NCBI RefSeq assembly: GCF_001194135.2
Contig: NC_068991.1
Span: forward strand, 43,015,227-43,079,226
Direction: 5' to 3'
DNA: 64,000 nucleotides
Source of the DNA: Octopus bimaculoides
Lineage: Eukaryota
Shown: positions 13,390 through 27,735 of the stretch, one piece after another
How the letters are laid out: every line of letters begins with the position of its first letter
How positions within the stretch are numbered: the stretch's first letter is position 1
Notes under the pieces: model-generated
What the model saw: only the letters and a program-made list of their open reading frames with translations
Databases searched by the model: none
Told to the model about the DNA's origin: nothing
Position numbers and translations under genes: made by a program

Positions 13390-14465
13390 TATAACACTCA
13401 TAAGAGAATGTCAGATTGAGACATAACAGGAATATATTATCGTGCCCATATAACTGAGTGATATTATGTCTTAAACAATACTCCCATTTGATGCTTGGCT
13501 TTTGTTGTACCCCAAATTATTCAATAAAATAGTGTAAGTAATTTGTTTCATGCATGACTATATCCGGAAATTTGTGGTGGATCAAATAGTTTGTTTTATT
13601 GAGAAAACATCTACCTAATTCAGTTGTTAGACTAATATACAGCTGGTTGATCATTGAAAGAATTAGTTAGAATTCAGTCACTAGGGTTTAAATAATCTCT
13701 ATGAATTAGGTATGTAAAAAAAAGTATCAAACATGGTGTTTATTAGATTTAACAAATTACTAATAGAAAATATTTATAGTTCTACAACCAAAAACTCAGC
13801 CAGGTTCAGTTTGATTACTTATGATCTCATCAAAATAAGAACAATTAAAGCAGTGCAGTAGTTAGGCTTCTTGCTATCAAAATGACTGAACTGCACTTTG
13901 AACATTTCTCAAAATATAGTTTAAACAATAAAGTGATGTATACTGATGAGTTCTATAACAAAACAGAAATGTCCAGCACTGTCTCCTCTATTTTCTAAAG
14001 AATTAAGTCATTGACTATTATTTTATTGTTTATTTTTTCTTGTTGCTTAATTATTTTTAAGTATCTTTTTATGCTCCATGAAACATATTAACATTAACTA
14101 AATAATTTACTTATTGATAAATAACCTAATTTGAAGCCAGCAAGTTTATTACTCAAAGAAAAATGTTTTGCAATTGTAAATATTGTACCAGATGAGAGCC
14201 AGAACTACACTTGGGAAAGGTCAGACTTCCTGTACTTTGTGAAACCAGATCAGCTATTTCCCTTCTCCAGTACTACTAAATAAACTTAATACATTTACTA
14301 TTTCCATGTGGTCTTGACTCTCTTATATGAATTGGTCTGATGAGAAGGCCAGTGTTGTGACATTACTGCTGTTATCCTTTAAAACCATTATTGGCAGACT
14401 CAAATTTTTTGTAGATCAGCTGATTCCTATCTGATGGCATTTAAATACTCTGTTTTAATTGTTTG

Positions 14466-14467
14466 TG

Positions 14468-14503
<36 letters not shown>
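14466..14503. repeat. (CT)n microsatellite
   Basis: Direct observation. Confidence 0.95.
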
Positions 14504-14508
<5 letters not shown>

Positions 14509-16149
14509 GCAATTAAAGCTTGATATCCTGTTGTTTTTTCACTATTCATAATGACAACATTGTATTTTTCATATATCTTTGTATATTGCTGTTCCCCAAT
14601 AGGAGTGTACTAATGAGGTACTTTCTTCTCCATCCTTTCTAAAATTTTCCCCTCCTTCCCTCTCTCTTTATTTCCATGCATTTCCTACTAAAAAAATTAA
14701 TAAATGGGGATTTTTGTTGTTGGTCTTTCTTTTCTTTGTTTTAAGTTCCTGTTATTATAAGTGGTTTCACTAAGGACTGACTATATAGTGACCAAGTGGT
14801 TAGCATATTAAACTATTGGTTTACAAGTTACATTTTCAGAGACATTTGGTTTGTGCTTTAGCCTATTAAAAATAAACAAAAAAGTTATTTCCCATGTTCG
14901 TTTTGAAAGTGAGGACGTCTTTTTAAGATAGTAGCTGTAATAGATTAAAAGTAGCACAATTAGCATCATCACTGACTATACCTACAGACCTGCATGTTCA
15001 ATCACTTTCAAATGTTTACACATCTACAACAGAATGATAATACTATTACAAACCATCCTAAGAACTCTATTCTTTCCACTTAGCTAGGCAAAAATTAAAA
15101 GCATATACTTAGCAAAATAGCTACAGCATCAATAATTTCAGTAGACTCCACTCTAATACTGTGTAGGGATGCACAACAACAACATACTAACAGCAATTGT
15201 TGGGCTATGCTGAGTCACCCACCTTTATTATGGTTTTCATCAGAAGCAACATACACTGAAGAATATTCAGTACATCTACACTTCCTCACTGCACCCAACA
15301 CATGTCAGCATGCAGTGTTCTTCATCTTGGCCAAAATGGAATATACCTGGAGTGCTGGATCTTAGGACTGCATCTAGTCATGCAGCTATCTACATGCCAT
15401 ATGTTTTCTTTACTAAGGTTAAATGAAAAGCTTCAGAAGAGTTATCTTTTTGTAGGAAGAATGATATACTTATCAAATATTTTCAGCAAAATTTATATGA
15501 ATATCTGTTTTTCAGAAGCATCCATCAGTGTTAACATGGAATGCTTCTATTCTAATGTTTTAGCCAAGAACTATTATTTTTCAAGCAATTATGGCTTGAT
15601 TCTTACTTCCTTCATACATCTATATTCCAATCCTTAGAATATTGATTTGTACAAATACACTAAAACCTTTCAATAATCCTAGCTGAAATGTGTAATTCGA
15701 ATCTCAGCAAATTATGTTACTATTGTTTCGTTATAAGTATTTCTACTGAAATAGCACAAAGCAATTTGAAACAAACCCTCTTCCTCAAATACTGTCAGTT
15801 CTTAGCTAATATTCTTATGTATTTGAACCAATCTTTATATTTCATCAAATCATCTTTATTATTTGGCATATGTCCATTTTCTTTTATTAGTTGCTCTTAG
15901 GAAGTTTTTACGAAAATTACATTCCTTTTTTTTCCCCTCCCTATCTTTTGGTTTTCTTCCATGACGTTCATCATCATGTTTGATCACCACCACTCCTCTT
16001 ACACAGCCTAAGTCTGTTATTGTCAAACATAACAGCTTAAGATTGATTCACAATCCCTAGATACAATGTACAAAGCCTATTCTAGACTAGTTGTACTCTC
16101 AAAATTATTATATAATAATATTAAGCTTTTGGCACACTTGTCTCATCAT

Positions 16150-17250
16150 GCATACATATCCTTGATCTCTTTCTAGCCACCAAACCCAGCCTTTACCAAA
16201 TTACAATTATTTCTACACCTGTTGCATCCTCTGACCACTGTCTAATAATCATGGCTACCTCACCACACATTGACATACATATTCTGTATCTCTTCACATC
16301 AGCTAACTTGTCAGATCTCTGCCACTGTTTTACACTAATTATCCCCGGAACATCTGTACTTTACTCCTGAATGATCTACTCAATGCAAATCAGCGGGTAA
16401 TTTAAGCCATCATCCTAGGCATGTCCTTTAACATCCCTCAGAAACAAATCCCACAAGTGGTTCACATGGAGCTATGCTGCAGCAGTACAGCTGAAAAACA
16501 TTATCTACATTGCCTTGTAAAAATTATCCATCTTTACCATCTTGGTGGCTTTTACAGACTACCATCTGTAAAGCAAAAGACACTTTGTACAACCTGCAAG
16601 ATCTCTTGCCTCCCAAGTACCAAACCAGTCCTTTTGATCCTTTGCTGAAAAAGATCTGTAACAACTTTATAGAATCTTCTGGCCCACCACTTTTCAACCA
16701 TGATGACTTCATAAGCAGCTTTAACAATTTCCTTTACCAAGCCCTGACATCCCTCTCCTTCCTCACTGATCATGTGCATAACTTCTGTAGAGCCCGATCC
16801 ACTGGATACCTGCTTGCATATGTCTGTCACCAGTGTTCCCATGAGAAATTCAGCAATGCTGCTATTAACTTCAACAAAGCATTTGGTAGTCTGGCATATA
16901 ATTCTTCTGATTAAATGATTCATCTATGGATGAATCACTTGAGTTCAAAAATTGAGTTCATATCACACCATCACAGCTGGTCTTAATAGGACTTTCTCTG
17001 CAATGCAAACCTGATCAACTATGGTGTACTACAAGGTTTGGTTGTGACCCATTACACTCTTCTTTCTATCCATTAACCACTCATTTGCTATCACCTCAAA
17101 TAACACTCACTCTTATACAGATGATACTTGTCTTCAGTGCTTCTACACAAAGGTGTCTTCCATATACTTCCTACACACCTCACTTCAAATTTGCATTAAC
17201 TCCATAAACACAAACTTTGTTTCACATTCTCTTATGGAGACATGATAATA
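16150..17250 (+). mobile_element. Degenerate non-LTR retrotransposon ORF2 (CR1/L2/Jockey-like)
   Basis: Ordered relic motifs: SDH (endonuclease end), FCRARST (GFRxxRST), INFNKAFGSL (DFSKAFDSV), GVLQG (GVPQG) and YTDD (YADD). Many stops and frameshifts. Confidence 0.75.
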
Positions 17251-19639
17251 TTACCTCCTTTAACAACACAAAGTCATGGTAACTGCTCATATCAAGAAAA
17301 TGTCTACTCAATCAGGGCTGACCTTTGACTAAACAAAAATTATCCTGTTCCAAGCATGGTTGTGTTTATGTTTGTGTCTGCTATCCAGTGAACATTAGAA
17401 TTGATAGTATTGATTCCATGCCTGCTGTTCATCATTTCTAATGTTACTAAGCCTCACTAGGCTCTATATCCTGAAGACAATTTTCCAGCCATATTTTTGT
17501 GTACTGCACAAGTTTAATTTTTGAAGTTTGTGTATATGTGTCTGTGTACACAGATTCATTATGCTTGTGCATCAAATGCCTTAAAAAACGTTTTTCAAAA
17601 ATACTCCCCAAGAAATTATCTCATTTGGAGCAAAATTTTTGAGGTTAAGGATGGTGTTTTTGAAAACAGTCCTTTACTTTGAAATGATTAGATATTGTTA
17701 CTCTAGTCAACGTGCACATAATACTTCACTTAAAAATTGTTTAATTTCTTATCATCAACCAATATAGAACAGTAATGTCTATTATTTTACCTTTAAAATA
17801 GTTCAATCGCTATGAATGATATAGTAACATTGTGTTAAGACTGTCTTAAAATTGCATTATTTTGATTTTTAGTCTCTTACTGTAAAGGTCAAATTGTTAA
17901 TATCATATAGGCATAATCTTTTTCTTATTCTCATACATCACTCAGAAACACCAAATATACTATTTGCAGCCATTCAGTTATTCACAAAATGCTTAAAATA
18001 CTGCAAAATTATTGTTTCAGCTTGATTCAATATAAAAGCATTTGATGGTGAGAGCCATATTAAGAATGTAATATAGTAACAATCTGATTTCAATTCTTTT
18101 AAAAATTTAATTTTTCTTATGTTGTTTACTAATATAAAAGTATAACTCCAAAATGTTAAAATTATATTCAACATTTAAACACTACTGTCATTTTTGTATT
18201 TCATCGTATTTGATGACCTCTGTGTAAGTGAAAAAATACAACCTTAGCTTTGCTATGTGTTGATTGGTCTGGTTTTAAGGAATGGAAAATACCAACCAAC
18301 CAGCCATTTGGCCAGCCATCAGTTATCTTTCATTAGTAATTCATCTATAAGTCAATATCTGCTTCAGCAGAAACAGCACTGCAAGATATTTCCACATTAT
18401 GTTCCATATGACACCACTTTCCAATATTTGCTGCTGTTTACTTTCTCAATGTATAACATTTTGTATCTGCCTTCATTACACTTTTACACATTTATCAAGA
18501 TATACTACTTTTCACTTACTGCATAGCATTCAGTTTTTGAATACAAAATATATCTCACTTCCATTAACTCACACCCACATATGTATACATACATGTGAAC
18601 ACAGAATTTAGGCCCAAGCTATTTGATAATCAACCAAGTTAAAACAATATGTTATCAAAATATAACTTTCAAAAATATAAACTCTACACACTAAAGCAAA
18701 ACCATAAATGGGGAAAGACTACCATATGACTCTAAAATGGGTACATATGCATGCTGTATATTAAGGATAAAATACCAATTCAGTGGAGGAAATATCATCG
18801 CCTTTTCGTAGAATTGAATAATACTTTTCACTCTCTTTCTTACTGTCTCCCCATCCTCTCTCATCTAGCTAACCAATCTATTTATCTCTCTATCTCTCTC
18901 TCTCTCTCTCTCTACATACACGCACACACACACACATCCATGATCTGACACTTCTGCACAGGACAATTCAGTGCACAACTCTGCATGTTTTACAGGTTTC
19001 ATTAAATGAAAGGGGTTATTTAATTTTATCTCTAAAGTGAGGCTGTAGAGTTGGCACTCAAAATCTTCAGTTACAACTCCTCTGTGATTAAGCTAATAAT
19101 TTCTTAGATTAATTGAAAATATACAAATTACATGACCAACATGAATCATCATGTCATTTTTTACCACTCTAATCTGTTAAAGCTATGATGAAGTACACAA
19201 CCCTTTCTTTTCCAGATTAAAGTATTGTTTGAATATAAAATTTATGTAAATGATGCATGAAAGAATACATGAAATGAAATAAAAAATATTGTGAAGGATT
19301 GAAAAGTTTATCCCTACAAAATTATAGAAACATTATATCTATTAAACAGGGGCTGAATCAGAAAATCCAGATCCAAAATTTACTAACATCTTACTCTTAG
19401 ATTTGCTTCTACCAGATCCTCCTTCATTTGATTTGATTAATTTCAAGATAGTATCTGTAAAATTGAAAATTATAATGCATGTATTATATTTAACATTTAA
19501 TCAGTCAAAACATATTTACTGACTTCAATTCCAGTAACCCCATAATTAATTCCAACTCCACAGCTTTGCTTTTGTATTTTTCTGAACTTTTTGTGATTAA
19601 CAATATTTTTCTCATCTTAACATCCATTGCAAAAGTTTT

Positions 19640-20850
19640 AATTAGCCCTGTGGAATGGATTATATCAGACAAAAGGCAAAATCGCATTTTGCTAAATGAA
19701 TTTTACTACTGTTTAGATAGAAAAATTGGAAATGGAAAAAAGTCTTGGCATTGTGTTGAAGAGAAATGCAAAGGCCACATCTACGTTAATGGAAGTTTAT
19801 TGAAAAATGTCATGGATCATGGCCATGTACTGCAGCCAGCAATATCACCAATGAAATAGACACTTTCAAATATTCGTGAGAGGACTGGAGCATTTAATAA
19901 TATGCTAGGGAGAGTTATCCAACAGATGGATGCCTCTTTGCCAGATAAAGCAAAGATTCTACTTCGGCAATATGCTTCATTACAACAAACTGTTCAGCAT
20001 CATAGAAAAGCAGATGGTAAGCCAAATCCAGCATCTGATAATGTATTTTATTATCTGAATATTTAGTTGCACACAGTGTTGAAGCCAACAATAGTATGAG
20101 AATGTTTGTATTTTTTGTGCATCAAAAATATTGAACTCCTTAAAGAATAATGACACTGCCTTGCAGATAATACATTTAAAATAGTCTCTAACCCCTTACC
20201 TTTTATATAAACCATGTAATTCATATGGTTTTTGAAGGTTGTGTATTTCCAATGTTATATGTACAGACACACATTGCAAAATAAAACAGGATTCATGTGA
20301 AAGATAACTAATGAAATATTTTAATTTGAACCCAGATACTCTGCTCACTGAATTTGAAAAAGCACTCCAAAATGTGTTTTCAACTGTTTTGGGGAACATG
20401 CAAAAAGTGGGGTACTTCTTTCACCTCAGCCAAAAAAAGAATGGATGAATATTCAAAATATCTATCATTCAACTTCATTTAAGGATATAACATTGAAGGA
20501 TATTTACCAGCCTTAACTTTTTTTTAATTGAATCTCAGCAAGATGTTATCCTTCCTAAGCTAGAAGAATTAACAAATTATTTCAAGGACACATGAATTGG
20601 TTACTATTTGATTACCATTGTGAAAGAGAAGCTGTTTTTTTTAATTAGAATTATGGATTCTGGTTTCAAGGAGAGCTACCAAAGATCACCAATTCATTAA
20701 AAAAAAAAGTGTGGCATTAAAGCATTGAAGTAGTGTTGGGCATAACCACCCTTTGTAGGTTTATAGATATTCTTATATTTGAGTTGAATCATATAGAAAA
20801 GACTATATCAAAAATACAATTAAGACAAAAGTTAGCAGTAATGGAATTAA
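19640..20850 (+). mobile_element. Degenerate FLYWCH-MULE (Mutator-like) transposase
   Basis: ORF 19566-19859 has FYYCLDRK..KKSWHCVEEKCKG..VMDHGH (FLYWCH finger). Downstream fragments read ADNTFK (DGTFK), TEFEKALQN (TDFExAxxNA), YFFHLSQ (CxFHxxQ) and ITN..VWH. No TIRs found. Confidence 0.8.
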
Positions 20851-21179
20851 AAATGATAGACTGGCAACTGTTCCCACATTGAACTACAGAAATAAACTGT
20901 GTAAAATATATAATGTATGGGTGTGTCAGTGTAGATATGTGTGTGTGTGTGCGTCGGTGTATGTATACATCTCATTTTGTCTTTCTATGGTTCTCACACA
21001 AAAGAAACAAAAATTATATAAAATATTAAGAACCTTGGAATTTCACCTTTAGTTTATGTTACAAATAGTCATTTGTTTACTGTAGTTGTAGATATTATTT
21101 GCCAAAATTTTCAAAACTATTGACTCAGTTGGATTTCTCTTTGAGTTCTAGTATCTAACTGGGCTCTTTTCATGATGTC

Positions 21180-21880
21180 ATCAAATATAGAATATATATC
21201 AGAGCCAACCATTATGTCTTATGCAAATTATTTGGTCGTCCTCTTTCCAAGCATTTTCCATCCTTTTTCCACCTCCCCATCTCAGTCACTGTTTTTTACT
21301 TTCTGAATCATCTGTAAATTCATATGCCTACTTATGCATTTGCTCGAATCAATTTAACCAATACGCATAGATATAGTTAAGCAATTGATTACCAATCTGT
21401 CAGACCTAAGTAATCTATATTGCCTGACTGACTGTAGAACATACAAATGAGTGGTTACTTCTGAGTAGAATAAACCATTGTCTGCTTATTTACTGCTAAA
21501 TGGATTTAATTTCTTATTTATAATCCTTAAGTTGCCAATGGTTTTAATAATCAAAATGTGTCAGAGCAATTTTGGTTATATGCAATAGAAAGTCCAATGA
21601 AGTTGGGTATATTCACTGAAATTCTATTATCAGAAAGCAAATTAGGCAAACCTGTATATGGAATTGAGTAATGTCTTTTGTTGAGTGCAGATGTAAAAAG
21701 GAATACGTAATGCCTGAATGTTCTTCCTGAATCAGCTGTTTTGATGTAGTTAAGGGGAGTGGGCATGCAAGAAAATTTGGGTCAGTTTTTAATCTGAGTA
21801 TTAACACTTAGCATTAATGCATCACTGGATTCCTAGCCATTCATTGAAACCATCTAAATCTTTGAGTGTTGCATCAACTA
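21180..21880 (-). mobile_element. Highly degenerate RTE-like LINE 3' fragment
   Basis: On the - strand a GKC..RGRP-like relic sits near 21230, with ORF2 C-terminal-like composition upstream. Motifs are weak. Confidence 0.35.
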
Positions 21881-21982
21881 CTTCATAAATTTCATTTGAG
21901 TTTATGCTCCAAATTATTTCTTACACACAAGCACACGTTTGATTTTTGTTTTTCTACATGAAATCTGAATTAGCATATCTAC

Positions 21983-22013
<31 letters not shown>

Positions 22014-22821
22014 CCATTACAAAGACTACAAGATGCTGATCTTGGAACATATGTAGGATTCTAAACTAAACTAATAGCAAGCAGCCATTGTGAATAAATA
22101 ATGAATGAAAGATGTACAGATCTTTTTTTGTTCTTATGAAAGGTTTATTGTTCATGACATTTAAAATTAGATTACATTTCAGCTGAATTGTGTATGTGTG
22201 TGTGTGAGAGATAGAGAGAGAGAGAGAGGTATTAAATAATGATAATTTGTTATAGCTTGAATTGAGACATCAGTTTTTAATACAAACCTATTTGGGTTAA
22301 TTAATAAGAGTATAAAAAGAAGGAAGGTAAGAATGAAGTGTGTAAAATCAGCAACAGCTACACCACAAATTATTGTAACTTAAACTACCTCTAATATTGC
22401 CTTTAAATACCAATACTTAATCAAAGCTGGACATAAAAATGTAATGTCCTAATCTGAACAGATCAAGATCTTTAAGCATACATGGTGAATAAAAAGATAA
22501 GGGTTGTTTGATAAATGCATTTGCTTATATTGTAACTTAGATTCAAGACCAACCTAACTATCTCTGTGGAATTAATAAAATATGCAGAAATAAAATAATG
22601 GAATGTGACAGCTGATTAAACTTAATTTAGATTGCCATATAATTAGTTTCTTCCCGTAGGCCCTATAAGAAAATTCAAATTACTCTGCTCTCTTTTAGAC
22701 CATTACCTTACTAATTTATATTACATTCTGATGGCAGGACAGTCTCTGATTTCCTTGAAAGATGGTTAAGCATACACACAATTTAACCACCCATATTGTG
22801 ATCTAATGCTGGACTTTACTA

Positions 22822-23992
22822 TTAGGTTGTTTCACATGAAATGTTGCATTTTTAATTACTTGTTATTTCAGTCATTTAAAAACTCAACTATGTATACCTT
22901 GCATTTAATCTTGACTCTTTTTCTTTCCCAAAAATATTGGTATACAAAATTCCTACCTACAGACCACATGAAAATGATAACAACCAAACTATGCTGAGTG
23001 ATTTTCTTGTATGAGTACAAACTGGGTTACTCTGCTGCAGAAGTTCTACGGAATATCAAGCAGGCCTTTGGTAATGGTTTTGTTGACATCAGAACTGTTC
23101 AGAGAGGATTCCAATGTTTTTGTTCAGGAGATGATAGCCTTGAAAATAAACCGATTGGTAGGCCAAAATCAATTATTCATCTTGATGGATTGAATGCTTT
23201 GGTTGAACAAAGGTTCGAAAGCTTTCATCAGAACTCCAAACATTTCGCACAACTGTTTTTGGACACTTGGAAAAGTCAAAAAAACAGACGCCTTGAAGTT
23301 GCTTTCTCGACTGGAAAAAGACCATTTTTGCATCAAATCATTACTTGTGATGAGAAATGGATACTCTTTGACAACAACAAAACAGGACAGCGATTAGATG
23401 CAGGAGAGTCACCTAAACACTACCCAAACCCACCATTGCACCCTAGAAAGTTAGTAGTCACTGTGTAGTGGTCTGTGAAGGGAATTATTCATTTTTGCAA
23501 CAAGATAAAACTGTAACAGCAACATTGTATTGCCAGGAAATTGATTGTATGCATGAGAATTTGAAAAAGAAGCAACCCAGACTAGTGAATACTGGTGGCC
23601 CAATTTTGCTCCACAACAATGCACATCCTCATACTCTTCAAGCTACAGTCCAAAAGTTGCAACGCCCAAATTATGATATTTTGCAACATCCTCCCTATTT
23701 CCCTGATATTTCTCCTACTGATCATCACTTATTTAAGCATTTTGAGCTTTTCATAAGTAATAAAACATTCTTAAATCAAGAAGAGGTAATTGAAGCATTC
23801 AGACAGTTTATCACCGGAAAAAGATGAATTTTTTTTTTTAAAAGATGGAATATATGACATAGAGAAACATTGGGTAAACATCATAAATGAACATGGATGA
23901 TACTTTGATTTTTTTAAAAATCAGTTCTCTAACACTTCTGAAACATTTTATTGTTACCTTTCAAATACGACTTATCATGTGAAACAACCTAA
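22822..23992 (+). mobile_element. Defective, internally deleted mariner transposon
   Basis: Perfect 18-bp TIRs TTAGGTTGTTTCACATGA and TA flanks at 22820-21 and 23993-94. The transposase relic (22968 to about 23910) has IFLYEYKLG, GRPK, ITCDEKW, LLHNNAHPH, HPPYFPDISPTDHHLF and GIYDIEKHW. The WVPHEL linker is missing. Confidence 0.95.
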
Positions 23993-24962
23993 TATATTTG
24001 ATAAATATTTGGAGATTCAACCTATTATTTGTTAATAGCTGTATAGCATACCCATAACTGTAATTTTGTTATATTTAGGTTTTGTTTCATTTATTTTATT
24101 TGTTATATTAAGATTTATTTTTATTTGTTTTTCCTTATTCACATTGTTGACAAGAGTTTTCTATCTTTATCACCAATCTGCATCAGATCTAGCCCATAGC
24201 AATGTTTACTCTGGCCTCCAGCTCAGTTTTATAAAAAAAACTCAAAATGTTTTTAGTGTTTTAATTTTAAAATATTCTCTAAAATATATCACCAGTGTGT
24301 ATTTAGAATCAGAGCCTGACTAGAATTGTGATTAGTTAAATCTGCATTCTAGAAAATCTTTTGCTACCTTAACCAGCGAACAAAAAAATGCTTATGAATC
24401 CATATATTAAAAGAAGTGACATCTTTCTCCTTTACTTTGTCTTTATATAATGTGCCAAACAAGGTTTTTTGGGTTTTGTTTATTCTTTCATGTTTACTCT
24501 CATGTTTGTCCAAATGGATTCTAGTGATATGAATGATATTGAAAGGTTTTGCAGTTGAAACAATGCAAGATTTCTAGCAAGCATTTGGTTTTTCCCAAGA
24601 ACTATTTATATTTATTTGCACAGATTCTATCTCCATTCTTACTCTAAGAACTTCTACTTAATAGGGATATATATATATCATGTGAATGAGCTTTTCTTCC
24701 ACATTTCTGCTCATAAACTTTACTAACACTTTACATTCATTCCTTTCTTTATTGTTAAATAAAGGTGTTATAATGTATATTCATCTACTTTGACTTACAT
24801 AATGGATAGGGTTTTATGAATAATTGTTGCTATCTGACCCTCAAAACCTAGTGTATACTTTAATCTGAGCCCACAAGATCTGGCTTATGCTTTTATCTGG
24901 CCCACAAAGTCAATCAAATTTAACACCACTGAGTTACCGTCATTACTTTGCTTTTTTGATGA

Positions 24963-24964
24963 TG

Positions 24965-25011
<47 letters not shown>
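24963..25011. repeat. (ATT)n microsatellite
   Basis: Direct observation. Confidence 0.97.
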
Positions 25012-25012
<1 letters not shown>

Positions 25013-27551
25013 ATTTGTTCAGCCTAGTTTTAATAATACAGTTGAGATAATTTGATAGATTATTTAAATAGTCCCCAGAATGTATGACATTGTTAGTATA
25101 TAATTATTCATTTTTTTTTTTAAATTGTTTTATTCGTAATGTCATGAAAATTACTGCATTGAGTAAGGGTGGGCATGATATTCTCTTTAGTAGTAACTAA
25201 AATGATGGTGGAATTGGGGTATCATCTACTCCTCTAATCTTGAGTGTTTTACATATTAAAGTACTTCCTTCCTTTGACACTATTATCAGTCCAAGATAAT
25301 TTTAAAGCAAGTCTATAAATGTCCCTTGTTATGTAACAGATTTCCTAAAAAAAAAATCAGGCAGTGTTGCTTCTCTTCTGCACTATATAAAGTTTTTTTT
25401 TCTATTTTTTCCCCTCTACTGCAGCTAATTTGCCTGCCATGATTAAAATGATATGCTTATCAAATTTACAAATCCTTAAAGTAATTCAGGTTTTAAATAT
25501 TTCTCTGAACTTCATCCCTAGTTTCAATACATCATATACGATAACTGGTGGTGGTGAGACCTATAACACAGTGAGTAATCATTTGTTAGAAGTAAAGTTT
25601 TTCGGAGTTTTTTATTTTCTTAATCCTTGTTCTGGATAAAAATTTTATTCCTTTAATGCAACAAACCTGCTGATAATCTGTCTTGTGATAACATACTCAA
25701 ACTAACTTTAACAGCCAATTCCTTAGCTTCTCATGAGATTACTTTTCCAAGTCAAAACACTATACCATTGTACCTAGCAATATTTAGGTGATTTTGATTT
25801 ATTTTGTTTTGGTTTTTTTCAAATTCTTGAAATTATTTGATAAAATTTCTTTTTACTTCCAGTTTATCCTCCTACACTTTTACAATTAATACCCTTGAGA
25901 GTTAATCTTTATTTTCAAACAAAAAATCTATTGATCTATATTTAGCTAGTTTACTGACCTGGAAAACTTGATTTGACAATTTGAAATAAAGTTGTTTCTG
26001 TTTGCTCTTATTATTTGTTGTTATTGATTTATATTTTTCTTTGATTTTATCTGTATTGTTTCAATTCTTATTACATTTTACTTTATAAGGTTTATTGGCC
26101 GAGCACTACCCTCTAAATTAAATGTATATAGAATTTTTTTTTTTTTCTTCATTTAAATTTTTAGTTCACTCACTAAGTAGTAGATTGCAGCAGATGATTT
26201 TAAATTATTTTCAATTATAGTTGAAACTATTGGTTTCTGTCTGTTTTGAGTGCCAACATTTATTTACATTCTATAGTAACAAATCCTTATGTATTACTAG
26301 CCATAATTAAGTCATCTACAGAAGTACATAACTGACATTTAAAAATAAATTGAAAGGGAAGCACTCAAATTTTTTTTAAATATTGACACTTAATTGGAAA
26401 TATCAAATAAATAACTATGTCATGCTCATAATTATTCTGTTAGTAGGGCTAATTAAAACTAAAAACCCAACACTGTTGTAAGTTTAGCCATTACGTCTCT
26501 CATTTGAAATAATAATTTATGTATATATTTAGGTCTGTGATGTCAGTGGCTAAGTTTAAATGAAGGTGTTTAGTGTTTATAATGAAGTTTGCAAGAATTT
26601 CTACAGAAGCTAGATTACTTATTCATAGAAGTTACCAGTAAATCATAAACCCATACATAAGGTGTCATAACTCAGTCTGGTTTAACACATGCTTTACTTA
26701 TCTCACTTGATATTTGCTTGTGGAAAGTTCCTGGATTTCCTTTTATTTAACTGCTCTATTTCTCTCTCCCTTTGGTATATATATATATATGTATATATGG
26801 ATTGATATTATTCTTTTTTTACCAGTTAAGTATGAAGCTTTCAATTTGTAGAAAACCTGGAATAGAAAGTCAATTCCTTCTTTATATTCTTGTTGAAATT
26901 TCTTTCTTTCAACCTGAAATTACCCGATACCTTCCTTTTTGAATCAATATTATTAAATAGATTGGAAATAAAAACTTGGATTCCAAACTTAGTCTAGAAG
27001 GAATTTACATCTAACTTTACAACAGTTACCAGATTTCTAATATTGGCACAAGGCCAAAACTCTTCAGAGTACTTTCGTCATGTGAAATGCCTGTAGTGTT
27101 TGGCTAATAATTTATTGACCCTACTCCTCAAAGGTGTATGTTGATTTAGGTGTGATTTAAACTTGGAATATATAGGATTGCAGTTATGCACAGAGAGGTA
27201 TTTCATCCAACATGCTAATGATTCCATTAATTCACCACCTTGTATTCTCATTAATAAGCTTCTCGGGACATTAGACTGGCAGAATTGTCAGAATGACAAA
27301 CAAAACGCATTGTGATATTTCATTGCAGCTTTTGTTTCAAAGTTCAAATCTCACTGAGATTAACATTGCCATTCATCCTTCCAGCCTCAATAACATAACT
27401 AAACCAGTCAAGAATTGCAGGTAATACAATAAACTGTTCCCACATTTTGCTTAGTTTTCATATCAAGCAAAAGAAGGACTATTAATGAGCTTGTTATATA
27501 GTCCTTGTAGTAATTGATAGTTAATGAACTAGTGTGTGTATGCGTGTGCAT

Positions 27552-27735
27552 GCACACAGGTATGGCTGTGTAGTTAAGAAGTTTGCTTCCCGACCGCGTG
27601 GTTTCAGGTTTAGTCCTACTGCATGGCACCTTAGACAAGTGTGTTCTACTATAGCCTAAGCCAACCAAATGTGTCTGAGTGGGTTTGATAGGTGGAAAGT
27701 GAAAGGAATCTGTTTTATGTGTGTATGCATGATAT
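27552..27735 (+). mobile_element. SINE family A, 5' half
   Basis: CACAGGTATGGCTGTGTAGTTAAGAAGTTTGCTTCC...TACTATAGCC matches the family A head. Confidence 0.8.
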
